NCBI RefSeq assembly: GCF_006345805.1
Contig: NC_043006.1
Location: 50,406,001-50,470,000, forward strand
Origin: Octopus sinensis
Lineage: Eukaryota
DNA: 64,000 bases
Direction: 5' to 3'
Under the pieces are notes generated by a model. That model ran no database searches, was not told the origin of the DNA, and saw only the letters and a list, made by a program, of their open reading frames with translations. Of this stretch, positions 26,518-40,170 are shown in pieces (within the stretch, counting starts at the first letter, position 1; each line of letters starts with the position of its first letter). The position numbers and the translations under genes are program-made.

Positions 26518-26918
26518 CTCGTCTAGGCACTTGATGTAGGCCTCTGTGATGAGTCTGAGGCCATGTAGGAAGGTGAATGGAGGCATGACGTCGCCATCAC
26601 TAGTGATCACTCCATCACCATGATGCTGATCGGATGCTTGATTGTAATCACTCTCGGTACATGTCGTCAGATTGCACTCTCCTCAGATTCACACCCAAAA
26701 ACTCTGAAATCTTCGTATTCGAGCTTCCGGTGCGAATCACAAGCAGTACAGCATGTTGTTTCCAAATTTGTGGAGTCAGTTGCGTCATGGTGTTGCTTTT
26801 CTCATGGAGGGTGCCCAACTGAACCTACTATACTGTGTAGTTGACAAAATCAAAAAGAGCCAAGGGCACGCGCGAAATATAAAATATAAAGTGACAACAA
26901 TTTACCCATCGCACCCTG
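26518..26918 (-). mobile_element. Internally deleted Tc1/mariner-superfamily (maT-like) element
   Basis: KHPISIMV-GVITSDGDVMPPFTFLHGLRLITEAYIKCL; terminus TA-CAGGGTG. Confidence 0.7.
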
Positions 26919-26936
26919 TATGCATACATATACATA

Positions 26937-27110
26937 GGCGCGGGAGTGGCTGTGTGGTAAGTTCCTTGCTTCCCAACCACATGGTTCCGGGTTCAGTCCC
27001 ACTGCGCGGCACCTTGGACAAGTGTCTTCTACTATAGCCTTGGGCCGATTTGTTCGACTAAAGGCGATGCCCCAGCATGGCCACAGTCAAATGACTGAAA
27101 CAAATAAAAT
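26937..27110 (+). mobile_element. SINE S1, internally deleted (head joined to CR1-like tail)
   Basis: S1 head followed directly by TTCGACTAAAGGCGATGCCCCAGCATGGCCACAGTCAAATGACTGAAAC. Confidence 0.85.
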
Positions 27111-27142
27111 AATTAAATAATATAAATACACACACATATATA

Positions 27143-27223
<81 letters not shown>

Positions 27224-27469
27224 TGAGAGAGAAAGAGAGGGAGAGAGAAAGAGAAAGATACATAGATTATCTAGCAACATACATTCTATGATATCAGAAG
27301 CCGTTGAGACTGTGCTTATTGGTAAGTTTAATTTTATTACTTCAGAAAACATAGTATACAAGTGTTACCTTATTGGAATGTTATGTGAAATGAAACACTA
27401 ACAGTAGTAGCAATTTTAAAAGCGGTCTGGGAAGATGATATTTCTTATCGTTGTGATTTATTCCAACCC

Positions 27470-27930
27470 AACTCAGACCAAATTGCCGTTACTTACTTGG
27501 ACCACTTGGAGCACAGAGCACTCAGCACCGGCTGCTCGTGCGCTTTCGTTAATAGGTATGTAGATGGCATCATGCTTACACCTTTCCATGAGGAGGCCAC
27601 TGCAATACAGAAACACTTCAATGACCCAGAACAGCACATTTAATACACAACGCTGGAACCCTCTGATACACTTTCCATTAAGCATTATGGACAAGGGAAT
27701 ATCGACACGGCATTCTATCGAAAAGCAGCCAGCCGGAACCAGTTTATTCACTTGGAGTCAGCTCTCCAAAATTGACTACATGTGGAACGAGATCGCACAT
27801 ATCCATGTTATATGTAGTGACACTACTAGTCAGAGATGAACGGAGACCATAGGCGAGCAGTTTTGACAGAATTGTCGCACGTCAAACGCATTCGAAAGCT
27901 TTAATGCAGTCGAGTGCAATAACATAACTT
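27470..27930 (+). mobile_element. Possible decayed Tc1 transposase
   Basis: WSQLSKIDYMWNEIA weakly resembles WP..SPDLSPIEHVWDxL. Confidence 0.35.
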
Positions 27931-28814
27931 TTACCAAATTTTACGACCAAATTTCGTGACCTGAATTTAGATGTGACTGTTGGTGGTTAAGGTGAATTGA
28001 GATCCTATGTGAACGAAAAGGTTGATGTCAATATCTTTCTCGATGGCATTTGAGATATTTGAAATGAATAAGTTAGAACGATAACTGGCATGTAACAGAG
28101 GTTGTTCATCCTTAGAATGTTCCCATGGAGTAGTATAAACTTCGAGGAGAGAGAAAGAACGAGAGAAGAGAAGAGAGTTACAGGAGTTTGATATAGATGG
28201 GAGTTAGTTCTGGAGCAAGTTGTTTGGTAGCAATGGAAGGAAAATTATCAAGGCCGACGGACTTAAGGCTGAAAAATTGGCAGAATGGCTAGAGTGTTGG
28301 ACAAAATGCCTAGTAGAATTTCACGCAAATCCTTAGGCTCTGGATTCAAATTCAGGCGATGCTGGTCTGTGCCTTTCATCCTTCTAAGGTCGATAAAATA
28401 GAATACTAGTTTAATATTAGGGTCGATACAATCGACTAACTTTTTACCTCAAAATGTTTGGCCTTATCAGTAAACATATCATCATCATCATCATCATTGT
28501 TGTTGTTCTTCTTCCAATCAGGACTCATCCCATTAGCCACAAAGAATAATCTCTAATTCGAGCCTATCTAAGCTACTAAGAATGCGTGTGGCAACTTGAA
28601 GATCCACCCACCACGATAGATTGGCGGTTGCACGGGCGCGAAAGCTACGTTGTTATCCTCATTCCTTAAACGGTGGCTTTTAACGGGCGGAGAGCTGAAC
28701 TATCCTGGGGTACAGAGGATTCGCAATCTAGACTAAGGTCTGAAAGTTTACCACACCATGATGGGTTACATTATGGTTCCTCTGCTTTATGGCAGAAGTA
28801 GGAAGAAAGAGTAA

Positions 28815-29197
28815 GAGAAAGTTGTGGTGAAAGAGTACAGCGGGTTTCAACCACACCCCCGCCGGAGCCTCGTGGAGCTTAGGTGTTTTTGCTCAATAAA
28901 TACTCACAATACTCGGTCTGGGAATCGAAACCGCGTTCTTATATTTCTTTATTATCCACAAGGGGCTAAACATAGAGAGGACAAACAAAGACAGACAAAT
29001 GGATTAAGTCGATTACATCGACCCCAGTTCGTAACAGGTACTTAATTTATCGACCCCGAAAGGATGAAAGACAAAGTCGACCTCGGCGGAATTTGAACTC
29101 AGAACGTAATGGCAGACGAAATACGGCTACGCATTTCGCCCGGCGTGCTAATGTTTCTGCCAGCTCGCCACCTAACCACTGGGCCATTGCGCCTCCA
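28815..29197 (-). mobile_element. tRNA SINE (family S3) with an S2 copy (28938-29170) nested in its head
   Basis: Minus-strand TGGCCCAGTGGTTAGG A-box and GGTTTCGATTCCC B-box are separated by a full S2 copy. Confidence 0.75.
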
Positions 29198-30123
29198 CTG
29201 TTGTTGTTGTTGTCGTCGTCGTCGTTCTTGTTGTTACTGCAGCTGTTATTTGCTAGAGAGAAAAAAAATGAAGAACTGAATTTTAAAACGGTTTACTTAA
29301 TAAGAACTTTTTCTTTTCGTTTTACTAACAAGTGACATCGGAACGTACACGTATCCAATCCATTAACTCTCGAGTGAGAAATAAGGTTCGTTCCTAAGCG
29401 TTTATAAATTTTTTTTGCCACACCTATTGTACAAATTGCTAGTAATTTAGAATGGCATCGTGTGAGGAGGTGAGTGTTAGCTGCAAACGTGATGACAACA
29501 GATGTAGCATCAAAGAAAATTTTGAAAAACCAAAAGAAAAGAGAAACAGAATTTAAAATGATACCCAGGAAATAAAGAAATGGCGATACAGGAACAAGCA
29601 AAAGTAGTTACACATTTGAGCAGTTATTCACTATAAATCAGAACCCCCACCGAAGCCAGCACTAGTACTGACTCAAACGTAATAAACATCTTTTTACTCA
29701 ACAAACGTAAAGATTTTGACTGGGGTGTTCGCCAAGAGGTGAACGCTTGCTATCAGTGATTTAGTCGGAGGCACACAAACTCGTGTTTCCTAGCAGGCCT
29801 ACTGACAGTAATTCACTGCATTACCGAGCACAGTATACATAATATCGAAAGAACTGACGTGGCTAATTATTTTGTTTTACTGCGATGCTTGCAGGTAGTG
29901 TCTTGTTCAGACGAATACCTATCCACCAGAATTAATAATAAAACATAGATAATCAGAAAAAAAAGAAGTGAAATAAAGAAATGACATATCATGGAACAAG
30001 TCAGTACCAAATCTACCTTCGCTAATGCTCTGATCAATTTAGATAAGTCTAAATCATACGTCAAGGTCAGTCATCTTGAATCTAGTCGTTTTATCCTTCC
30101 CTTCAGAAGATGATTCTCTACAA

Positions 30124-30190
30124 CAGTGTTTCTCAACCTTTTTACCCTTGCATAAACCTTAAAATAAATTACATGTCTCAAGGACATGTA
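30124..30190 (+). mobile_element. hAT (Charlie/Buster-like) terminus
   Basis: CAGTGTTTCTCAACCTTTTT. Confidence 0.5.
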
Positions 30191-30251
30191 ATTTCTCATA
30201 TACTTTTCATCGTGTTTCATGTGGTGAATATCATATATATATATATACAAC

Positions 30252-30312
30252 TTATCACTGACGAGGAGAAAATTCTTATGAATTAACTCTGAAATCGGGG
30301 CCGATATGATAA
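30252..30312 (+). ncRNA. Type I hammerhead ribozyme (family D; element ~30248-30505 between TA tracts)
   Basis: TTATCA-CTGACGA-GGAGaaAATTCttatGAATTaaCTCT-GAAA-TCGGggCCGA-TA-TGATAA; all three stems pair. Confidence 0.88.
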
Positions 30313-31487
30313 TAACGGAATTTTTTAGAAGTTTCTGGTGGCTTACAATATGGTTATTGACGATTTGTCAACTTTTGGCATATTTGGCATTAGAATTTTT
30401 TTTGCCCTTGTTTATAAGTTGTTTATAAATTTAACCTTTAAAGGTATTTTTTAATATGCTGGCCATTGATAGAATTTTTTCGAAAATTTTTATCCTATAT
30501 TAGATATATATATATATATACATGGTTGCTAAATATATTTTTTGATAACATAAAACGGTTAGATAGTATGACATTACAATATTACAATAACCAATAATGT
30601 GTTTTGCATGTATAGTAATATTACGATCATGAAATTAGCATTATCTTATCTCACTCTTTCTCGTTGAAGAGCATTCTGATAGAATTGGTCTGCACATATA
30701 TATTGTTTATGTAGTATAGTACAAGAAGTACAAGTGTCATATACTACAAGAAAACTATAAATACTAGATGAATAAAATTCACTCTGGCTACGACATGGGT
30801 TAATGTCATTAACTAACTCATAAATGTCAACGCGTATCACACCTATCTAGAGATTCTTTGTCAGAATATATTACAATAACATTTCAATGAAAATAATCGT
30901 CTCATTAATATGTAACAACAAACCAGCAAGGCACAGAATGTATTACACCAAATGTAAGATATAAATCTCAATGTAAGCAGGACAGTTGTAAATTTCATTA
31001 ATGAAAACTGCTATACCGAACGGAAACATATACAATGAGGCGCCATTACAACTCATTAAAATACAGTACATTATATAAAATTAGGAAGAAAAGTAAATAA
31101 ATTGGTAGCATTACTCTTCACAAAATAAATAAATGAATAAATAAACGATTTAAGAAATAACTATGTACTCTTTCGTACTTGAAAAATACAAATAAAAAAT
31201 AAATACACTCATATATCATACGTCAAATAAATCCTGAAATCAACCAGATCTTAACCGTTGTATAATTCTAAGTTTCGGTTCGGACCATTTTATCAGATGT
31301 AAGCAATATTTTCATGATCTTTTGTGGCTCACACGCGAAAAAAAACACGCCATTGTTACTATCACTTCATTCTGATGGTGTGTTCTAACAGATCTTGAAA
31401 TGAAGAACGTTATTGTTATACATTACATTAAAAAAAAGAATACAAGTAATTGAATATGAAAAATCCTGAAGAAAAGAAACGAAATGA

Positions 31488-31915
31488 GGTGGTGAACTGG
31501 AAGAATCGCTAGCAGCCGGGAAAAATACTTCCAGGTATTCCGTCTGTTCTTATGTTCTGAGTTTAAAATTTCACTGAGATCGATAAACTAAGTACCATTT
31601 TAGTATTGGAGCGGATGTAATCGACCGCCCCTCTCCACTGGAATTACTGGCTTTGTGCTAAAATTTGAAAACCAATATTAGCTATGAAGGAGGAGGTGAG
31701 CTGGCAGAATTGTTACCGTGCCGGACAACATGCTGAGCGGCATTTCATCCATCTTTACGTTCTGAGTTGTTCAAATTCCGCTGAGGTTGAATTTGCCTTT
31801 CATCATTTTGCGGTCGATAAAACGCGTATCAATTGAGCATTGAGATCGATCTGATAGACACCCCCTCCCCATCTCCGGATATTGCTGTCTTGTGCCAAAA
31901 TCAGAAACCGATATT
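31488..31915 (+). mobile_element. Two tandem SINE S2 copies
   Basis: Two GGTGA(A/G)CTGG..AGAAT heads with shared body. Confidence 0.8.
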
Positions 31916-32085
31916 AACAATGAAGGAAGAGAAGACCCCTGTCAACATAACATGGCAGTCCTGGTTTAGGACAAACATTCTTTATTCCAAAGTACTGTTG
32001 CTGAATATTTCTTGTGAGAATTAAAAATAGTAATTTTCTGAGAAGACCCCTGTTTATCTTTTTACACAAATATATTTGAGTGTGC

Positions 32086-32146
<61 letters not shown>

Positions 32147-32212
32147 CGTATATATGTATGCATGTATGTATGTATGTATGTATGTATGTATGTATGTATG
32201 TATGTATATATT

Positions 32213-32420
32213 TATCATTATAATTGTTTTCGTCTTGGAATGCGGCCATGTTGGGGCACCATCTTGAAGAATTTTTTGTCGAACGACACGACTCCTGTAT
32301 GTTTTTAAACATGCTATTTATAGTAAAGGTCTCTTTTGCCAAGCCACTAAATGACGAGAAATGTAAAAGCACCAACACCAGTTGTGAAGCAGTGATTGGG
32401 ACAACGTCACAAGATATACA
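32213..32420 (-). mobile_element. SINE S1 3' part
   Basis: Reverse complement of the CR1-like tail and S1 body. Confidence 0.7.
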
Positions 32421-33883
32421 CACACACACACTATATATGTGTGTATATGTGTGTGTGCGTGTGTGTGTGTGTGCTTGTGTGTGTGTATGTGTGTGTGTAT
32501 GTATACATATATATATACACATTGGTTCCATTACCAATATTGTGATTCTACCTTATTTTAGTGATCGTTGTCGCATGTACCTGAAAAAAAAAGCACCTTT
32601 TCTTAAATTGGATATTGGCCTCAAACATTATTATATAAAATGTTTCGTGTATGGATCCATGTGGTAGCGTCAATGAATCCGATCTGATCGTAATTCTATA
32701 TCTTGATCGACTCGATTTAATTCCTCTTTAATTATCCCCCTGCATCTTCAGATGACGTACTTGTGAAAATTTTATTGCCAGTGTAGTTAACCTCATCTGA
32801 ATATATATTCTCGTAAACATCGTACTTCAAGAGTTATTCGAAGTTACCGCAGATTAGGATCATGAGAAGGAGGTGGAAATTGCTTAAAGATAGTTACATG
32901 AAACCCAATGAACGAAGTAACATGCCAGCAACTGTCAACCCAATACTTGTATCAATTTGTTAAAGATTTAGATGTAATTTCAAGGCAGTTTTTCCTCAGT
33001 TATATCCACACACAAAACCCACAGAAAATTCAAATATGGGTATTTTTATATCTGGAATAATAGCGATACAGATTACACAAAAATAACTGCTGGACTTGGA
33101 AATAGCAATATCATAAATCACAGTATTGGACTTGTCTCTAATAAAAATACTTGCGTTTATAATCAGGGTATCTTCTTAAATATTAATTTGTTACACATTA
33201 ACCACAAAGCAAGAAGTTATTTCAGTAGCTGCTTTCTGACGTGGTTTTGTGTGTGTCCATATGTAAGCTTATGGAGGCAATAGATATGAGTGTAGAGAAT
33301 ATTCAGCAATAGACACTGTGTAATGCAAATATGAGGAACTTATATTTTCCTCATATGTACAATTCATCTAATGAATGTACAGGATACCATTTGTGAAGCA
33401 GGTAATGAAACTCACTCCTTTACATTAATGCTCTTACGTTTTGTTTTTATCCGCTTTACCGGAAAGTGCGCTGTTTCGCGTACACGTGCATAATGTAATT
33501 AACAAATTACATTTAAGAATAAGGTGTGAGTTGAAGAGCTGGAAATACTCTCGATCGAAATGTTTTAGTCAGTTATTAAATCCACGGGGCAACGGTGTAA
33601 TGGTGTCAACGGATTCTGAGATTATGCGAAGGTGACATTCTATATTGTAGAAAGTCAGGATATAGAATCTATATATACTGAATGCCAGGATATAGAATCT
33701 ATATATACTGAAAAATACAAACAGCAAGATATTGGTTTCACATTTTAGTACAAAGCTAGCCCGCCGAGGTCGGCTTTACCTTTCATCCTTCCCCCAAAAT
33801 TTTGGGCCTTATGCCTAGAGTAGAAAAGATTTTAGTGCAAGGCTAGCCTGGTACTAAAATGTGAAACCAGTATATAGTAGTAG

Positions 33884-34667
33884 TTTCATGAGAAACGGTT
33901 ATATTAAAATCATAGATATGTGTTCGAAATGTTTAAGTATCTTCCATAGAGTTACCGAATATAATTATATCGTCTAAATAAAACTAAATGGATTCAAACT
34001 TCGGGAGAGGAAGTAAGCCGATTATTGGTACTTATTTTATCGATCCCGAATTATGGAAAGGCAAAGTTGACATTGAGGGAAGTTTAACTCAGAACACAGC
34101 AACGGATGGAATGCAACAAAGCATTTTGTCCGGCGCGCTAACGATTCTGCCTACTCGCTCCCTTATAATGTTATATTGACACAGTTTTATGTTTCAACAT
34201 TCTTCAAAAGTAATTTAGTCAAATGTCTCTGAAACTTCCCTACTGTTGTTCAGTTTTGCTTAACTAAATATTGTAAGTGTTACAGCCTTCATTAATTTAA
34301 GACATAAACCTATTTTGTTGTATTTTGTAGACAATTGCAAACCTGTAAGTAAGCAACTAATATATCATAGAACCGAGTCACTCTCCGTGAATAGATCACA
34401 TTGTAACAAATTAAAATCACAACAGACGGTTTGTCACTGATTGCGTGTTAAGCCTCTGAACAACAAGTCTCCGTATGCAAATTTTCCAAATGATTTTGCA
34501 AGCGTTATGTATATTTCATTAAGCATTAAATCAAATTCTCTCGCAGAATATTCTTGAATCCTTTTAGTCGTATTTAGATGATATAATTATATTCGGTAAC
34601 TCTATGGAAGATACCTAAACATTTCGAACACATGTCTATGATTTTAATATATCTGTTTCTCATGAAA
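33884..34667. repeat. ~95 bp inverted duplication (33884-33980 / 34571-34667) bracketing a minus-strand SINE S2 copy
   Basis: TTTCATGAGAAAC...ATCGTCTAAATA recurs as its reverse complement with a few mismatches. Confidence 0.85.
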
Positions 34668-36753
34668 AAATGTATTTTTTTGTAAAACAATAATCAATTT
34701 ATTTTAGTTACTGCATTTGATGCCATGAAATAACACCTGCTACTTCTTAAAGTCCTCAAAGTTCCAATTTCTGAATCGCAAAATATTCTGCTGCTGAGAG
34801 AAAAAGAATAGATGCGCTGATGCCGGTCACAATTATATTATTCTATTCGACCAGATCACAAAAGTTTCTACGAAGTATGAGAATAATACTGCATTATGAA
34901 AAAGGAATTTTTCTTCTTGTTTTTTTTTTTACTACGGATGCTCATAAAATTTATTATGAGAGCCGATTATGTTCTAAAATAGTCTATATTCTATAAAACA
35001 CATTGGCTTGCTAATTTATGTGGCTGGTCCTTTTTCTGATAATGCAAGACACTTAATGAACTGTTTCATTCTTCCAATTCCTCAAGAATATTTACTGCTT
35101 TCAAAATATTCAAGTTGACGTACAAAAGGTTATTTTCTATGCTACACACAACTCCATCCAATTCATATTTGAGAATGACGCGTCAACCACGAAACCAGCT
35201 GCAACATTGTCAAAGAGATTGCGTCCCACAGCTTTTTCTTCTGTTCCAGTTATGAAGTGAATTGTTCATTCCTTCTATTAGCAGTTGTTGGGTTCTTACA
35301 TATATGATAACACTACGCTTCTAGTGCAGACCAGCAGTCTGATTTAGGATTGATAATTTTGATAATTCTCGTACATAAAGAATATTTCCTGCTGATGAGA
35401 AAAAAAGAATAATTGCGCTGATGTTAGTTATTCTACTCAACCAGATCACAAATTTTTCAACGAAGTTTCTATAGATTGTATCACTTAAATTCGACAATGT
35501 CGCTGCAACTAAAGTTTTTTTTTTCTGTTTTCCACCAAGAATGCTCATAAAATTTATTTTGAGGGCTGAATATGTTTCATACGAAAGTCTAAATTTTAAA
35601 AACCTAATGATTAATATTTTCCAAATGCCACTCTGTTTATAGAAAGTTTTCATTGAATTTTATTGTACCTAAACAGTCAGTATTTTTAATCAAATATTTT
35701 CTGCTGGCGATTAATTCATACTTACGTTAGCACTTTTCTTTTATTTGCTCTGATATCATTTCGCAGACCATTTTTTGATATCTTAAACAGTTATTTCAGA
35801 TGGAAGTCTCGATGGTACCTTCTATGAAACAGGGAGCTCAACTAATGTTTATAGAAGTGCAAAATTTTCTAAAACAACGACAAATTATGCTAAGCCGAAT
35901 TGTACTTTGTAACCCTATAGGAACTCGACAATACAAGAGATCCAAACAGACAATATAGAAAACAGTATTCTTAGCTTTAATTCAGGGAATATTTAGAAAG
36001 CTTATTGGCTCAAATTTTAGTACTATCTTCAATTAGATCACTGATCTCAATTGTTACCAGTGATATTCATTATAATCGTTTCTTTTAAATGTTGATCCCC
36101 TGTTGGTGTTCTTGAAACCTCTTGGTTATTTTCTTATAGCCCAGTCCTTACTGGAACTGTACGCCTAAGCAAATGCTATCATTTAGAAATTAAACTACTA
36201 TAATACATTTGTTCAGAGAAAGTAATACAATTGCACATACTGTTTCACTCGTGATATGTCACGCTACACAACATTTCCGGATGAAATAGTTAAGTTTGTG
36301 AAGTTAGAATTAACGATTACTGACTCAGGTTCAAATTCCAGAAGCACCCTCAAACCTCATTCTTACCTACTACAATACTATTTCTCAATCGAAACATTCC
36401 TTGAGTAAAATAAATAATAATGATATTTTACCGAGCATTCACATGCCTGTCGCTCCAGCTGACAAAGTCTGTAGTTCAAATAGAACTATCAGCTATGAAA
36501 CTATATGAAAAACTTAATATGTGACATTTTGAGTTGAATTTAGTTGAATTGTACTGGATTAATGTTATATTATTGCTGTTAACTTCTATAAGTTTTACAA
36601 AATGTAATTTCTTGCAATTTTTACAAGAAGAGTGTATGTTGAGATTCTTAGTTCTTTTAGTAATTCATATCCTAATGGACGAACACTAACCTATCTTCAA
36701 GTTGATGCTTCACTGTATGTAGCAGACAGAATCGTCAGAGCGCCGGAAAGATT

Positions 36754-37070
36754 TACGGAGATGTACTTGCATAGCAAGTGACCAGCTCTGAGATTGTGTG
36801 CCGGAACGAAAACAATTGCAGCGTGGAAGGTGTTTATAAGCCATTTAAGAAACACACAAAAACCGTTAGATTCACTTCAACATTTAAATTTAATTTGCCA
36901 AAATATTTTCGTCGCTTTGAGATCGCGACCTGTTCACTGACAAAATTCCGTCTCGCGGTCTCAAAGCGACGAAAATATTTTGGCAAATTAAATTTAAATG
37001 TTGAAGTGAATCTAACGGTTTTTGTGTGTTTCTTAAATGGCTTATAAACACCTTCCACGTTGCAATTGTT
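36754..37070 (-). mobile_element. Hammerhead element, family E, with inverted arms (36811-36927 / 36954-37070), inserted in a SINE S2 head
   Basis: Near-perfect inverted repeat; candidate TSD G(C/T)CGGAAAGATT at 36742-36753 and 37071-37082. Confidence 0.85.
36894..36944 (-). ncRNA. Variant hammerhead ribozyme with G3:C8 core
   Basis: TTTGTCA-GTGAACA-G-GTCGC-9 nt-GCGAC-GAAA-ATAT-TT-TGGCAAA. Confidence 0.75.
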
Positions 37071-37455
37071 GTCGGAAAGATTGCTTTGCGGTATTTGTTC
37101 CGACAGTTCATATTCTGAGTTCAAATACCACTGGGATCAAATATGCATTTCATCCTCTTGGGCTGCATAAAATGAAGTACTAATCTAGTACCATGGTCGA
37201 CGGTATCGATTAATCCACTCAGAATTTCTGACCTTATGTTTATATTAGAAATGTTTATTAATTCTTACAGCATCTATCTTAGAAAAACCGCAAGTTATAA
37301 TAAACATTTGATAATAATCGTTTCAACTAAAAGCACAAGGCCTGGAATTTGCGGGGGGAGGAGACCAGTTGATTCCCCCCAGTCCAGTGTTTCACTGGTA
37401 CTTATCGACTCCGAACGTATAAAAGGCGGAATTAAACACTTGATAATAATGATAA

Positions 37456-37462
37456 GCTGCTG

Positions 37463-37494
<32 letters not shown>

Positions 37495-37548
37495 GCAGCT
37501 GCTGCTGCTGCCGCTGCTGCTACTACTACTATTACTACTACTACTACC
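37456..37548. repeat. (CTA)n/(CTG)n trinucleotide repeat
   Basis: Direct reading. Confidence 0.95.
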
Positions 37549-38484
37549 ATTTAATTTGCATAGATAATGTTTGTCCATCGCACTTCATGTTTATATTAAA
37601 TTTAATTATTGGTTAAGTCAATGAAATATATGTGCTGTTAAAGGATGTTGTTGCTATGGTTATTGTTATTGCGTATGTCTCTCATACTGTTGGTAGTATT
37701 ATTGAGTTATTTGTTGTCACAGCTGTTGTTTCTGATGCAATTCTTTTTATAGTTGCAACTTGATTTAATAGGCGGTTCTAATGAGGCTATTGTTTGCTAT
37801 TTTTGATATTATTGATGTTATTCTTGTTGTCACTCTTTGTTATTTCGTTGTTGATTCTTTTTACTGGTATTCCTTCTTTTTTTTTTGTTGCTATTATTTA
37901 ATAAAATCTTGTATTCTGTTGTCTAATTGCTGATCAGGCAAGTTTTCATTATATTTATATTTTTTGATTAGTTTTCGTAATATAAACGTCATTAAATGTT
38001 ATATGTGCGTCTGTATATATGTATATGAGTCTATGGAATATGATTTAATAACAAAGTTAATTGCTAGTACCAGACAACACATCTTTTTTGCGAAGATAAT
38101 CTAGATTTCCATCTACAAAAGAGACATTAGAGATATTCATGCTCAAAAGATGTTTTATAAGAGTGAAAATAAAGAAACAAATAAAGAAAAGTTTTCAATT
38201 GATACATGAAATAGTGGACCAAGCTTTATAAAGCAAATTCACTCCCGAAAATATAAAACATATATCCGGGTAAAACAAACAAAACGTACATACATTATAC
38301 AGTCTAATTATAGAATCCAGGAATACTTTATGAAAAAATATACAATCTTTGTAAATAAAAACACACGTACTATTACATTACAATTAGATAATATGGACAT
38401 ATCAAAAATCACTCCGAGAACCAAACACATTAGCGTCAGCGCAAACTCACAGATCTGCTCGTTACATGTGAAAACGCATGTCGC

Positions 38485-38750
38485 AGGGGTTGGGGCGTCG
38501 GGCATGCAATCGTGAGGTTGTAAGCTAGATTCTTGGACCGGGTTGCGTCTTGCGTTCTTGAGCAAGACACTATCTCACGTTGCTCCAGTTCACTCACCTG
38601 CTGAAATGAATTGCGACGTCATTGGTACCAATTACTATCGGACTTTGCCTTTGCCTTGGGCAACATTGGTGGTGTGGAGAAAGGAGACTGGCATGCATGG
38701 CCGGCATCTGGTCTTCCAAAAAAATTTTCCCAGATTTGTGCCTTAGAGTG
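38485..38750 (+). mobile_element. Decayed tRNA-derived SINE (S3-like); related minus-strand copy at ~39690-39890
   Basis: TTGCGTTCTTGAGCAAGACAC motif after a tRNA-like head. Confidence 0.55.
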
Positions 38751-40170
38751 GAAATTTTAAAATTAAATTCCATGACCATTCATGACCGAAGTGGGTCTTT
38801 ACTCTGATCGTTATATAATTTACTTTAACTGACGGCTGGGATATACGAATTTCACTATATACACAGGCAGCTGCAAACTTCACGCGTCAATATATTATAT
38901 TGGATATACAAGCATGAAAAACACTCAGACCGACTAACATTGTGTTTACAACGGAAATCTTATAAAACAACACGTTATACTAGAAAACAGAAACAAAACT
39001 ACATAGAAAATGTTTACTGGATAACACAAACATCTTATATACAATTTCACAGCATAGTTAGATTACCAATGAGAAATTTAATAATAACAAATAATTTACA
39101 CGAAGATAATTAGCGGTGATAATAAGCTAAAATGAGTTACTGATCACTGAAAATAACTTCACCCGAGTTAACCTTTTAAATCCGACACCTTCACAATAGC
39201 CTGATTCTCATCGTTCTTACTTTATAGTAATAGTCAGTAACCATTATTTCACACAGAGAATAAGACTTCGAAGTTTTAGAAATGTTAATTAACCCAGAAA
39301 TGTTATTGTTTTTGATGAAACATAAAGGTCAAATGAAAAAAATCATGCAAATTTTGCATTTTGTAAAGATCAACCTCATAGTAGTTTTCTTTTCGGTATA
39401 AGTTATTTAAAAGCAAAGCTGTTCTGCCCCAGACTGTTTCAAGAACAAACATTTCTCAAGTAACCCTCGAATTTCTTTTTTTAGTGGAGTGTTCCAGAAA
39501 GAATTGTAATTCAATCGGTGTTACGAAACAGCCACTCCTACACGTATGTAGATAAATCTTTCTCTTATTTTAAAATCATAATAGGTAAGTGGTACTGTAG
39601 CGTTTGTCAGAAAGAAAAGTGGTGGACAACTAAATCCTTGTTGTCCGTCGATGGCAACGCTTAGATCGCTCTGTCTTTAGCCCTAGGACTTTTGAAACCA
39701 GAGCTTAACCTGGTTTCTATGACGTATAAATGACTGAGATTACTTCCCGACTGGAACGCATTTTTAGCTGGAAAAGAAGCAACGTGAAATGAAATATTTT
39801 GCTCAAGAACACAACGCATCGCTTAGATCAGGAATCAAAATCACGATCTTACGATCGTTAGTGCAATACCCTAATCACGAGGCCACACACCTTCATTTCA
39901 GGTAAACACTACTTAAAAGGTAGTTATGTCCGCACCCCTAAAAATGTTTTATGATGTCTTTGCACTCCTTAAAAAATTGATAAGTTATTTAACGATAAAG
40001 GAGGTGAATTTATAGTAAATTTTAGCAATATATTTTATATTATCTAATTTTTCAATAATTTATTAACAAAAACGAAACACATAGTAAAAAAAAATATTAT
40101 AACAAATTAAAATAAATCTTATAACAAATCGAAAGAACTAATGCTCAAATGTTCATGAATGAATTTAAAT

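Noticed and set aside
32617-32757. Minus-strand CTGAAGA...GAAACATT..AATGTT hammerhead candidate
   Set aside because: Stem I needs a bulge and stem II does not pair convincingly; possibly a decayed copy, not counted.
36778-37124. Mirror-image ORFs on both strands
   Set aside because: A by-product of the palindrome; no protein motif.
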